A DNA stretch of 64,000 nt from Octopus vulgaris (Eukaryota), in the NCBI GenBank assembly GCA_951406725.2, contig OX597814.1:177630001-177694000 (forward strand). Direction: 5' to 3'. The notes under the pieces were generated by a model. That model saw nothing but the letters and a program-made list of their open reading frames with translations, was not told the origin of the DNA and did no database searches. The position numbers and the translations under genes are program-made. Shown one piece after another: positions 1 through 12,786 of the stretch (within the stretch, counting starts at the first letter, position 1; each line of letters starts with the position of its first letter).

Positions 1-169
1 CTGTGTGTCTTTCTGTCCGTGTTTGTCCTCCCACTATCACTTGACTACCAGTATTGATGCACTTACGTCCCCGTAACCTAGCAGTATTGGGGTCGATTCA
101 TTCGACCAAATATTCTACAAGGCTGTGCCCCAGAACGGTCACAGTCTAACGACTGAAACGTGTAAGAGA
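1..169 (+). mobile_element. 3' part of SINE family A (degenerate)
   Basis: Matches the 3' half of the 4577-4970 copy (tgtttgtcc...acgtccccgtaac...ggggtcgat...gactgaaac). Confidence 0.75.
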
Positions 170-3100
170 CGACAGAATATATGCTTGAGTCTTTTTATAC
201 TGTAACGATTAATATAACTTATAACTATATCACTTGGTGATGGATATGAATGACTAGGGATAAAAGCTATGAAAGTGATTCGATAACGAGATGCAATAGA
301 TTCAAGTCCGCTTTTGGCTCTAGTCGTGTTTTCTCTAATATGTGTTGTAAAATAATTATACACGTACAACTACTAAATGACCAGCTGAGACATGATTTCA
401 ATAGGAATCGACTTTTGTTCATTAATTTATCACATCGTGTTTTTATGATGAAGTGTCATTTCTGTAAGGAAGTCTTCCCGTACTATCGAAATGCAAAAAT
501 AATCAGGATATCAACTATACTACAGCTTCCTTTTCATTGGTGAGATAACTGAATACCATTGTTCACTAGTACCGATGCTTTTTGTAACAGTTGACTCTTG
601 AAATGGTATAGAATTTTAAGCTCCTGTTCATTAAAAATAGAAAACAAGAGTTCCCGAGACGAAATTAAATATCAGTTGTTGCAACGTCTAGCACGCTGCT
701 GTGTTATTGGTTAGACAAGAAAAGATCTCTCTAGAAATGTGGAGCTAAATTCTGCCGGTTAAATCTTGTATGTGACAGGTGGTCGAAAATTAATTATATG
801 TAACCGAAATGTAAAATGAAATAATGTGATGCTGTTTTGTTACTAACGCAATTATGTTGGATTGTGATTTGTTTCAAATATCAGATCTGAATAAACAACT
901 TCAAATATGTTATAGAATAAGCAATATTTCTTTAGATGTAGAAATGTTGAATAAGTATTTACTTAAGAATTCCTGTAATGGCATTTCTGTAGGAAGACAG
1001 AATTCAAGTGTTACTGGATGAATAAACACGATCTAAAGGAGATTCTATAGGATTTTGAACAGCAACTGCCCAATCGAATATGTATATAATTATATATTCC
1101 ATAGAAATAATGTTTGGTATGTCTTGCATTTGGCGGAAACAAAGAAATCTATAGGAAGTCGAAACAATAGAATCTTTAAATCAAACCAAAACCTTTTCTT
1201 TTCTTTACAAGAGCGTCCACAACAATAACCACGTAGCTATTAATCTGTAAGAGAATTATTGTATAATAAACGCACTTTATTTAGCGGCTAATTGCTTCAC
1301 TATTCTCACTGGCTGAGGATGTAATATATATTCTAAAACTTCGCTAGGTGTAAATCACTTTCATGAGATTTTAGGACTCATGCTTTCGGTTTAATGATTT
1401 TACCTTTGAAGTATTATGCGCGAATGAAAACTATATTTCATGGTAGTTTGATAGAAATTCTAAGAAACAGGATACATATTTTCTCATAATGTTTAGCTGT
1501 AGAGAGTGTATGTACAGAAAAATAACCGATACTAAATAGAATCAAAAGAGTGTGAACGGCTCACTGATATCAAAACTATGTTATTCAGAGTAAATTTGCC
1601 ATACTATGAAAGTGAATGTGATAGTTTAGGTGTCAGATATTTGTTATGATATTTGCTTATCAATAGGAAGTACTTGATTTATCTCTTTAAAGTATGGGGA
1701 ATATATTAGCTAAAGTTCCCGTGACAGTTTAAAACGACCTTGTTGATATTGAATCAGTAATTTGATATCACTACCATAATATTTATTTCAATTTCAATTG
1801 CTGGTAGCTAAGTAATACCATAGGAAAGTAACCGTAGTTTTGGAGATTAAACAATGATTTCTTCTTTCAAAAAACAGTCATTTCACGAAAATCTTATTTA
1901 CTTAGCGCAGAAGATATTCTTTAAAACTTCGGGGCAAATAATTAATCCCTTTGTGTCAGTTTCACAGACTAAAAACAAAAGAAAACCAGATTTCATACAA
2001 TAAGAACTAATCTAAAAATCAATCGGCAGTCATTTTATGATCAGTATAAAAAAGCAATAAAAAACAAGCAAAACAAAAAAAAAACACCAAAAACAAAGGA
2101 AAAAGAAACACAAGACACGAGACAAAACAAGGTATTAAACATTATATTTTCACCTCTCTAGTAATTTTTGTTTATTTGAAATATAAAGACAAACGAATAC
2201 TTCAATTAGCAATAATTGAAATACGCCACTAGAATCTGATGACATATATAAGATGTATGTCACCAATCTTGTTTGTATAAAAACAGCACCAATTATTGGT
2301 TACAACTACTGCTGATACCGATAATTAACTTGGTTAAAATAGATTGTAAATTATCAGAAAATAATACCAATCTCGTTTGACTTCTGTGAAAATCCTCACA
2401 CATTTTGATCGTATATATTAGTTTTAGTGTGACAACGTTTCAGATAATGCTTTCAGTATTACAAAATGTTAATTGAAATACAACCTCGAGTAATTACATT
2501 TCTACAGGGAAAACATCACAGTGGTGACAATAATGAAATAACAAGACACCCATAACTTTCCTAGATATTTTAGAGTAACATCAACGGTAATTCTTTTCTT
2601 TTTTTAAGCTAATTAGCTACTGATTTTAACTTTTTTGAGACATTAAATTTTCAAAGGGTACTTTCTAAAGTGTTTAAATTATAGCCGAAAAAACAACGGG
2701 AACTTCACAGAGAGAAATGTAAATTTGATTTTGAAAGGATTCTCCATGTTAATCTGCTTCTTTTTTATTTTCCACTTTTAATGATTCTTCATGCAATTAA
2801 ATTAAGTCGCGTTGATGAGCTTCTCATTATGTATTGATGAGGAAAGCATAAAGGAGTAAAGTGAAATAATGTCGTAGTTCGCATTGTAACGAGTCTCATC
2901 AGCAATGAATATAAATTTCATTTGCTGCATTGACTGCAAATACTAAATCACATTAATTGATGTTATATCCTAGGTATGCATTTAATTCTTGCAGATAGGT
3001 CTATTTTTTATTGACCGAGGACATTAAATTTCCAGAAAAATAAGCAATTCATTCATTATCATTGGATTCCAAAGAGTCCAGACGGCTTTATATTTTTGTA

Positions 3101-3899
3101 GAAGATCTATAGAAAGGATGACAGAATTTTCCACTTTAAAATGAACATTATATTTAACAATATGTTGTAAACATAACATTTTATAACTATGGACACCCCA
3201 CCGAATTACTGATAGTTCAGAAGTTTTGTAATGACTTCTTTGAAGAGCAACTATAAACATTTATTCAGTCAGTATTGATATATGCTTCTCATCATGAATC
3301 TCCAGACAAATTTTATGATTATCTAAGCATGACATCATTTTAAAATGCATGTTTAGTATGACCGAATTCATGCATGGTGTTAAAAAATCCATGAATACAA
3401 GTTTAGTGTTCAAAATTTCTTTTGGAACCTATGAATACAAAGTAACCTTTACGGTTTTAATTATACCTACTAAAATTAAATATGATCCTCCTGGCATGTA
3501 TTGACAGTAATTTACCAGGTACCTCATGGACAACACTATCTTAGTTACCATATTTTGAGGAAATTTCTAGCATTGTGCTCGTACACCACTACACAAGAAG
3601 ACAATCCAATTTTTTGAATTCCTACTTGTGGATATATATTTACGTATGTACAAAGTATAATATATAAATTCAGAGAATATATATATACATATATATTTGT
3701 GCATGTGTATGTATGCAATTTAAACCAATCCTTAATTACGGCTTCAGGCTAATTTTTCAAATCCTTCGCTCACTCGATAGCCTTTTTAAAAGTAGATATT
3801 ATATACCTGGTCATTCGTTCCCCCGTTAATTGTTTGTTGTTCACGAGTTCATTTCTTTGTTGAAAGAGATCCCTTCTTGCAAAGAGGAATGAAGCAAAT

Positions 3900-4300
3900 C
3901 TAAAAAACCATCTTGTTATCTTTTTGAGTAACAAAAGAAGAGTATAGCGAAAAGACGTAACGGAACGCGGTTTGAAGAATCATAAAACGCTTAATGTAAG
4001 ATTTAAGATCATACATATCAGGGAAACAAGAAGAAGAGAGTTCCATAAGATATTTGGTTGGGAAGAAACTGCTTGAGTAGAGAACACTTTTACAGAAGAG
4101 TGCAACAAAAGTGAAGATATGAACATTAGCAGAAAAACGAGCCACTCGATTAATAACTTTAAGGGGAGGTACAGAGAAAAATGTTCAAGAGAATAACAAT
4201 TATAGAAATATTTATAGAATAAAGAAACAATGTCACAGTACTCAAGTTTAGCAGCTAAATAGATGAGATTTACCTGCCAAAACAGGGCCACAAATGTAAG
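3900..4300 (-). mobile_element. Degenerate 3' end of a CR1/L2/Jockey-group LINE ORF2
   Basis: Overlapping minus frames give SLFYKYFYN..., ARFSANVHIFTF...YSSSFFP..., LWNSL and SSCFPDMYDLKS, resembling the post-RT C-terminus of invertebrate CR1-like LINEs; frameshifted. Confidence 0.65.
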
Positions 4301-4457
4301 AAACTTAATTGATCAAAGAAGGAAAGAGCTTTAGCATCGATATTGGTAGATAAAGGGCAACAGCACACCATACTAGTCTAAATAAGTGACTCATAAAGAT
4401 GAATATAATGGAATGAAATATAAGGATGATCGGTCTTTAGAAAAATTTAACACATAT

Positions 4458-4576
4458 AAGGCGGCGAGATGGCAGAATCGTTAGCACGCCAGACAACATG
4501 CTTAGTAGAATTTCGTTGGTCTTTACGGTCTGAGTTCAAATGCCACTGAGGTTGGCATTGCCTTTCATTCATTTTA
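4458..4576 (+). mobile_element. SINE family B head, truncated where a family A copy begins
   Basis: aaggcggcgagatggcagaatcgttagc...ctgagttcaaat...ttgcctttcat; homologous to 63083-63315. Confidence 0.8.
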
Positions 4577-4970
4577 GGCGTAGGAGTGGCAGTGTGGTAA
4601 GTAGCTTGCTTACAAACCACATGGTTCCGGGTTCAATCTTTTACTATAACCTCGGGCCGGCCAAAGCCTTTTGAGTGAATTTGGTAGACGGAAACCGAAA
4701 TGAGCCCATCGGTATATGTATATATATATAGTTATATATATATATATCTGTGTGTGTATTCGTGTGTCTGTGTTTGTCCCCCAACTTCGGTTGACAACCG
4801 ATGCTGGTGTGTTTACATCCCCGTAACTTAGTGGTTCGGTAAAAGAGCCCGATAGAATAAGTACTAGGCTTTCAAAGAATAAGTCTTGGGGTCACTTTGC
4901 TCGACTAAAGGCGGTGCTCCAGCATGGCTACAGTCAAATGACTGAAACAAGTAAAAGAGAGTAAAAGAGA
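4577..4970 (+). mobile_element. tRNA-derived SINE family A, near full length
   Basis: Head ggcgtaggagtggcagtgtggtaag...ggttccgggttcaat (A/B-box-like), internal (TA)n(TG)n, tail aaggcggtgctccagcatgg...actgaaacaagtaaaagag; many homologues in the window. Confidence 0.9.
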
Positions 4971-6084
4971 CATCGTACATATCTTAAAGTGTAATAAGTC
5001 TTTATTCATAAAAATAAATACATAATCACACAGACACACATAGTCACACACAAACGCGAATTGGTGCAGTTATATATACGCAAACAAATTCGTGTTTGTA
5101 TACCTGCAAGACCTGAAAACCTACTATTACTTCATACTCAAAACAATTGTGAAAGTACCTCGAGCTTGCCGGCTCAACAAAATTAGTTCCAGAGTTAATG
5201 TGCATTAAAATTTACTATGTTGGGGTGCACTACATTGTGAAATTTGACTTTACATGCCATAGTGTGCACTTCATATTCATCCTCTACGATGGTCGTAGAC
5301 ATTTCATTACAGCTTTTATGAACACACTCAAACGTACCCAACAGATTCTTTGCCGTATCTAACGAATACTATCTCCTCGTAGCTTATAAAATCAAGCTGG
5401 AGAATACATGTGAAATTAACGTTCATCAATTAATGAACTATACATTTCATAATCTGGATTGCATCAAATTACTAGTGGGTTAAAAATTTAATTAATGATT
5501 TAAACCCATTCCTGAAATTTTGTTAAAGAGATATGAAGTGAAAAGAATATTTCATAAAGCGTAATACATCATCATTGAAATTCATGTTAGTCTAAATGAA
5601 ACATAAATCAGTCTGAACGTTGGATAATGTGTGCAAAGCTACATTAACTGTAAGTTATATTTCACAAAGAATTAATATACATATTTCAAGTCTACCACAC
5701 AAGCAACTTATCTGTCTACATATTTGCTAAGAGCGATGCATCATTATTGCTGTATACTAATGAACGTGTCTTTTATCATTAACTCAGATAAGATTTCCTC
5801 TGTCGACCTGCCGACATAAACAGTCCATAGAATTTCTCATGCGCTTTCTACTATTCTTTGTCTTTACTAATATATATATAAAGGAAATAACTGGAACTTG
5901 TTGGTCTAAATAATGCTTAATACGTATTGCTGAAGCATGGAAATAAACTGGTTCTTAAATATGAAATTAGCATCAGCTTTAAATTGGTACTGCAAAACAT
6001 AACCGTTAGCCTAACTTATACTGTAAATCCTCGAGTATAGTCCGCCCTCGATTGTGGTAGTTAAATTATTATTACAAGTAAAGA

Positions 6085-6620
6085 AACGAAATGGTAGAAT
6101 CATTGGTGCGTCGTACCAAATGATAATTAGCATTTCTTTTGACAAACACCTCCCACAAAGTTCAGGCCTTATGCCTATTGTAGAAAAGATAATCAGAAGG
6201 TAGATAGATAGCTGGCAGAATCGTTAGCGCATCGGACAACATACTTAGTGATATTTCTTCGTTTTTTAAAAAAATTTTGTTAATTATAAAAATCCTGCCG
6301 ATGTCAGATTTGTCGTTCATCATGTTGCAGTCGGTAAAATAAGATTCAGTTAAGCATTGAGGTCGATATAATCCATTGCTGTCCATTAATCTACGAAATG
6401 TCAGGGCTTCTATCTAAAGATTATAGAATTATTGTCAGTGGTTTAAAGCCGGGGAGCTGGCAGAATTATTAGCGCGTCAGATAAAATATGTAGCGGCATT
6501 TGTTTCGACTCTTCTGACTTAAAATCCTACCATAGTAACTTTGCTCTCATCATTTCGTGGCCGATAAAATTAAGTAAGTCAAGTAATGAGGTCGATGCAA
6601 TCGACTTCCCCAACATCTCA
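6085..6620 (+). mobile_element. Cluster of three degenerate SINE family B copies
   Basis: Repeated (gc)tggcagaatcgttagc-like heads at ~6090, ~6210 and ~6455; the last two are followed by gaggtcgat motifs. Confidence 0.7.
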
Positions 6621-6638
6621 AACTAGCATTGGAAAGAA

Positions 6639-6844
6639 CTCTCTTTTACGCATTCGCTTGTTTCAATCATTTGACTGCGGTCATGCTGGAGCACCGCCTT
6701 TAGTCGAGCAAATCGACCCCAGGACTTATTCTTTGTAAGCCAAGTACTTATTATATTTGTTTCTTTTGCCGAACCGCTAAGTTACGGGGACGTAAACACG
6801 CCAGCATCGGTTGTCAAGCGATGTTGGGGAGGGGAACAAACACA

Positions 6845-6882
<38 letters not shown>

Positions 6883-7023
6883 TATATATTAAAGACTTGT
6901 TTTATTTATATTTCCTGAGCGCCATACTAATACAATTGTTTGTTTGTATTCCCCCTGCCTTCGTCTTTTGTTTATTTCCGTAAACCTGCCTTCGTCTTTT
7001 GTCTATTTTCATAAAGCTTCCCG

Positions 7024-7059
<36 letters not shown>

Positions 7060-7221
7060 GACGAGCTTCTTTCAGTTTCTATCTACCAGATCCACTCACA
7101 AGGCTTTGTTAACCCCGAGGCTAAAGTAGAAGACACTTGCCCAAGGTGTCACGCAGTGAGACTGAACCCGGAACCATGTGGTTCGTAAGCAAGCTACTTA
7201 CCACACATCCACTCCTTAGCC
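6639..7221 (-). mobile_element. SINE family A with a nested insertion in its internal microsatellite
   Basis: Reverse complement of the 4577-4970 family; interrupted at 6890-7025. Confidence 0.9.
6890..7025 (+). mobile_element. Short Penelope-like repeat (family P1) lacking the hammerhead
   Basis: Homologous to the reverse complement of 44113-44210; internal duplication cctgccttcgtcttttgt; embedded in (TA)n. Confidence 0.7.
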
Positions 7222-7310
7222 TTTATTAATTTAAAATAAAAAAATTAATAAAACAAGATGAAAATTGTTAAAGATATATAACTAAATGTTTGTATAAGGT
7301 TATATTTATA

Positions 7311-7513
7311 CCAAATCCAAACAAAAGAAGAACAAACACAAAAAAAATAACAACAATGCGAGGACGTGGTACATGTAAACTATTAGCAGACGCCTTGCTA
7401 AGTAAAGAAAGATGGTTTAACGTTTTGAGCAACGCTCTTCTTCAGAAAGAGGAAAGTCCAACAGAAAGAAAGAAGGAGGAAGAAAATCGCCATCAATTCA
7501 CATTTGCTTACCT

Positions 7514-7515
<2 letters not shown>
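7311..7515 (-). mobile_element. Penelope-like repeat (family P2) with a degenerate hammerhead at 7416-7448
   Basis: Homologous to 10315-10520 and 57775-57975; minus strand ttt CTGAAGA a gagc gtt gctc AAAA CGTT aaa. Confidence 0.7.
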
Positions 7516-7607
<92 letters not shown>

Positions 7608-10314
7608 ACACTAAATGTTTGAAAAAGGTTATATTTAATAAATGGTTGACTAACAGTACGGACACCTATTAGCTTCCCATTTCCTTCTCCGTAAATTGTC
7701 CCTTGTTTACAACCTGAACACGATTAGTTGTTAAATGAATAACCCCAGTGTTGAATGGATCCCAAGGCGATTTCACTTAGTTGTTTGAAACGGCGGTATT
7801 CTAACTCATGATTCTCCAAGTTATGTAAGGTCAGGGATCTAACTTTTGCAAATAGAGAATACTTGTAAATAAGAAACTCGCTTTGTAAATACAGTCTGAA
7901 AATTTATTCTATTTGAAAAAAATAGAAAAGATTATTCAGTTTTGAATGAAACGACTGTGAGTGAAATAAGTCTGTCAGATCCCTAAGCATTCTGGTTTTG
8001 ATTTGCGATTCTCTAGGCAATATGACTATTGGTGAACTAATGTCTTTGAATTAAAGATTTCTCTCATATATTCTTTAACCTACAGAAGTAAAAACACAGA
8101 CACACGCATAGACACAGACACAGACACACGCATAGACACAGATACACACACACAATACTAATGCTATTTTGATGAAATTTTCATCAACCTAAACCTACAA
8201 CTGAATGAATAATTCATGGAAAACATTTTAATAATATAAGAAAAAGTCTGTAGAAACTTTCCCTCCTCCCCAAGAAACGAAATGTAAGAAATTTTTATTT
8301 TTATAAAAAACACATTCCTTCAAAACTTACATACAACTTTTATTTCTGCCTCAAAGAACATATAAAATAGTAACTGCTTACAGATGTATAAAATGTTTCG
8401 TAGTCTAACGGCTCATGAAAACAGCAATGTTAAAACACAAAGTTTGGGAAGTGCTACAGACAGAAGGAAATATCAGTAGAATAAACAAGAAGTTTAAGGC
8501 TTTCTTTAGTTGATTATCATACAAGCAAAAGACAAACATGACGTGAAATAAATAACTATCTTCTTGTATGAAACTATGTGTTCAAGTGATTTTATGGAAC
8601 ATCAGTTAAATCTACCGCCATCTTATTTATGTTATCTTCTGGCAGTGCGTTATTTAATATTCTGATACACTTTTTTGTTGTTAAATACAGCTAAACTATT
8701 TTAAAGTATGTATATAAAGTATGTAATTCCCGAGGAAACATGTGTATTTGAGAAAGAAAAATAACAATGACAACAGAAATAGTAGTGATATTATAAAAAT
8801 ATCTATTACAAAACAAAAAATTCTATAACAAAAACAACATCGACATCAACAATAAGGGCAACAACAACGATATTCCTATAAACATATCTACTACAAGTAA
8901 GAAAAGCGTTTCAGGTGAAATTCCCATTAAGGAAAATGCCACCCTGCTTCTGTAAATTTCCGAACGATTTTCGTCTAAAGTGTTTTTAAACAGTTTACGT
9001 CTTTAAACAGTCAGTAAATAGGTAAATTGATCTTGTGATATAAACCTATGCGTATACAAGACTGAGTGGATGTTGGGTTTATTGGAGACTTTCTTTTTCT
9101 GAAGCAGCCATTAGGGAATATTTTCCAATGTAGTTGTTCAGCATTTACTGTTTAATGTATACAATCAATAACTTAGTCATACCCAATTCCCTGCCCAACT
9201 CAGATTTCTTCCTTTTCTTTATCTCTATTCACATACCATCAAATCGTCATCACCATTCTCTTCCCAAAATTAGAAGTAAAAACAAAATTGCACGAAAACC
9301 ATCATCACTGCCTCTCAATCATATACACATATAACAAGCAAAATGATTTTACATTAAATATCGTTTCGTGTTCATTATTAGACGTTGAGTGATATAATGG
9401 AAATAGTAAAGAGTCATATTTGTTGGCTGTAGATTTAGCTCCTCAATTTAAACAAACTCTATTTAAGTAACACTTAATGTCCATTATCTGCGCGATATAG
9501 ACCAAATAGGCTTGACATAAAAATCGACAATGTTTTGTCTGGCTCTACATCTAATCAAACCTGATAGCTCATTGCCAATATAAACACACGTAGTCACATC
9601 AAGCTAGTTGCATTTCTCTATTTAGTACTAGTCGTTCGTCGATTCTAATCGTTCGCTTAAACTAGAATACTGGCTAGCCAGCCACGAGTTTAGACGATAT
9701 CGAAGGATTATTTGAAATATGGAAACATAACAATGAGCTGAAAAGCACAGATATCGAAATTGAGGTCATCGATTTATAAAATACATAATGTAGTAAACTG
9801 AGTCGATACTCCAAGTTCCGAAAGATCAAATCTTAGGTAAATACAGTATTGATTTCGTATAAGGGAACCCTGGTCTTATATTTATAATAAATGGTAAAAT
9901 GGTACTTTGTGACGTCCATAAAGTGCATTAGTAATGTAAATGAAACGAAATGTTTAGTGAAAAGACATACGAAGACTACCACTACTCTTGTCTTTCATTA
10001 TGTAAATACGGCACGCTAAAGAATGATAAACAGATAAATCGGTAAATTGCCGAACTAATGTAAAGAAATTAGTTGTATTCCTTTAGCTATGTTTTTATAT
10101 CAAATTCGCATTCAATAAACTTTAATATCACTTATGGCGACAAGTACCGTTATCGTGTTAATTTAATACTAAAAAATTCGCTCTTAGAAATTTATGACTG
10201 CGTCAGTGGAAGAAATAAATGTCGCAGAATATGAGATAATGTTAGACTTATAGAAAAAGAGATCTGATTTCAAATCACGACTGAAATCTGTTTACTTCAG
10301 ATATGTAGCAAATA

Positions 10315-10520
10315 CAGTAAATCCATACATGAACAAGCAAGAAAAAACAACAACGCGAGGATGAGGAATAAGTACAGTGTTGTTGGATGCCCAGGAAAGG
10401 ATAGCAAAGAAAGAGGATTTCACGTTTCGAGCGGAGCTCTTCATCAGAAATTTAGAAAAAGTCCAAAGAAGGGAAGACGGAGAAAGAAAATTGCCAACGA
10501 AACACACGCGGTCACATATT
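10315..10520 (-). mobile_element. Penelope-like repeat (family P2)
   Basis: aatccatacatgaa...acaacgcgaggatg...acgtttcgagcggagctcttcatcagaaa...gccaacgaaacacacgcg; three copies in the window. Confidence 0.75.
10417..10451 (-). ncRNA. Minimal type I hammerhead ribozyme motif (cleavage triplet mutated to GUG)
   Basis: attt CTGATGA a gagc-tcc-gctc GAAA CGTG aaat: intact core boxes, 4-bp stems I and II, palindromic ACGT helix III. Confidence 0.7.
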
Positions 10521-11420
10521 GAAATGACGGGAAAGGAATGAGTGAAGAAAAAATTCTTTCAAAGACAAGAGTGTGCAAGAGAAGGATGTATGTGTGTGTA
10601 TGTCTGGGTATGTGCGTACGCGCAGGTCTGTGCGTGTGTGTGGTTGTGGCCGTTAATCTATGTGTGTGGTTGGGCTTAGTATCGTTTAAGGACCCAGGAA
10701 GAATTTAAAGCACGATTTATTCACGATCAGAGTCGTTCGAAAAGCAAGGTACTACTATATGGAAATCTGAATGGTCGTTACACAGCATTTGCAACATATT
10801 GGGTTTTGCATATGATACAGTAATTGTATCATATGACTTGCAGCAAGCTGGAATTTGAATTATGCAAAATCTCATGACTCGAGTAAACTGCAGGATAGCT
10901 GCCATTTCATGAATGTCAAAAGTATTTTCAAAGTTACAAGGCATGATAGGGAGTAAAGATCAGTTGTATGAAATGCATAAGAAACGTTATGTTATTTAGT
11001 CAAATTTTATTTCCATAGCATACATATAATAAAATCATATTTGGAACCAATTACTTTGTGATATTAGGTTCTAAAGCAAGATGGAATAAAATATGCAGAA
11101 TTGGTCAAATCGGTCAAATACGTTTTTAATTGTAATAATAATGATGATGATGATGATGATGATGATGACGACGACGAAAATCCTGTCTATTATAGGCACA
11201 CCCCTGTAATTGACAAATATTTAATTTTACGTCCCTGGAGGAATAAAAGGCAAAGTCCACCACAGCGGAAGTTGAACTCAAACGGAATGCTGCCAGCATG
11301 TGAAAGAGAGAGAGTGAGTGAGTGACACGCGAGATGTTGAAATATTGCTTATTCTATAACAGTAGCACTCTCCTTATTGCTTCTTTAATTTCTGGAGGAG
11401 TAACATCAACACTTCAAATA

Positions 11421-11422
11421 TA

Positions 11423-11470
<48 letters not shown>

Positions 11471-11494
11471 TATTATTATTATTATTATTATTAT
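11421..11494. repeat. Head-to-head (TAA)n/(TTA)n microsatellite palindrome
   Basis: (taa)n switches directly to (tta)n at ~11470. Confidence 0.9.
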
Positions 11495-11504
11495 TTTTTC
11501 TATA

Positions 11505-11847
11505 ATAAAAACAATACCTGTTGTCATAGGTGCCCTGGGAATGATAGCAAAAGGGGCTGATTACTACCTAGCTCAGATACCAGGAAACACCAAAATGGAA
11601 GAAATTCAAAAGATAACGCTCATGGGAACTGCTCATATCCTACGCAAAATACTTTCTATGTAATCTCAAGTTTTAAAACAAACAATTTTCTTATGGTTTC
11701 CTAAACACTCTAGAACAACACTATGTACAAAACCAAATATATGACACCCTAGGCATAACAGCAACATGAACTTCTAAATTGTTGTCTCTTGAAGTCTCCG
11801 GGTGAGACTTGGAGTCAACTTGTACAAATGTAAAGCAAAAGTCAAAC

Positions 11848-11909
<62 letters not shown>
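11505..11909 (+). mobile_element. 5'-truncated R4/Dong-type non-LTR retrotransposon 3' end with (TAA)n tail
   Basis: 11505-11663 encodes IKTIPVVIGALGMIAKGADYYLAQIPGNTKMEEIQKITLMGTAHILRKILSM* (REL endonuclease C-terminus), then ~185 bp 3' UTR and (TAA)n. Confidence 0.85.
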
Positions 11910-11912
<3 letters not shown>

Positions 11913-12468
11913 GCCCTGATGCAGTACCAGGCAGTGGCTCTCATGGCTGTTGATCTTAACTGATTGGAAGTGTTATCATGTACATTGTTTTGTCTTGGTT
12001 TAGAAGATGGGCCACAGCAAATATTCGGCTCAATACCACAGATTTCCTTGTCAGTTGTTTGACTTAAACCAGTTGAGCACATCCTTTAGTGGCTGAGGAT
12101 ACGTGCATCTCTGATCATGAGCAGAAGTAGTTGGGGAGCATCATAGCCATGTGTTGAGAGGAATTCTTTGGGGTTTGAATAATTCACCTCTGGGAACATG
12201 GGTGGTTCGTTCAACATCCTTAAACGACGCTTATTCTGGGACCTTTTGAGTGGGATGGGCTACTCGACCTAAAGAAAATTCTAACTGGGCCCCACCTGCA
12301 AAGTCATGCGCTGTTTATCTTGATATGAGATCACCATATCGCGCACATTTGGTTGTGATGCATGTGCTTGGTGTACCCTTATCAGACTGGTAGTCATGAT
12401 AGGTATACTGGGCTTCGTTTATTTTACCCCAGTGTCACTTTGATGGTATGCACTGCTCTCTCACTCAA
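11910..12468. mobile_element. ~555-bp non-coding interspersed repeat in a (TAA)n/(CAA)n tract
   Basis: Close second copy at 35096-35630 with the same ends (atgccctgatgcagtaccagg...ctctctcactcaa). Confidence 0.85.
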
Positions 12469-12504
12469 CAACAACAACAACAACAGCAACAGCAACAACA
12501 ACAA

Positions 12505-12786
12505 GTAACTGCAAGATATGTGATTGATGAACAAGAAACAATAAATTATATTGTCTCTGGTTGCCCAGTTATGGCTAAGAAGTAATATATTCACAGACTC
12601 GATAGAGTTGGGGCCTATATACACTGGAAGCTATACACACTATAGAATAACAATAGAAAAAAGATGGTATAGGCATACTCCAGAAAAGGTCACAGAAAAT
12701 GAGAAACAACCATACTATGGGATATGCCATTACACACAGACAGAGAAATCAAGGATAATGGGCCGGATATATTTGTCAGAGAAAAT
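12505..12786 (+). mobile_element. R4/Dong-type ORF fragment: zinc knuckle and start of the REL endonuclease
   Basis: Frameshifted NCKIC...VSGCPVMAKK*YIHRLDRVGAYIHWKL...KRWYRHTPEKVTENEK...ILWDMPLHTDREIKDNGPDIFVRE. Confidence 0.8.

Noticed and set aside
250-543. 97-aa ORF in unique DNA
   Set aside because: No recognisable domain or splice support; length is compatible with chance
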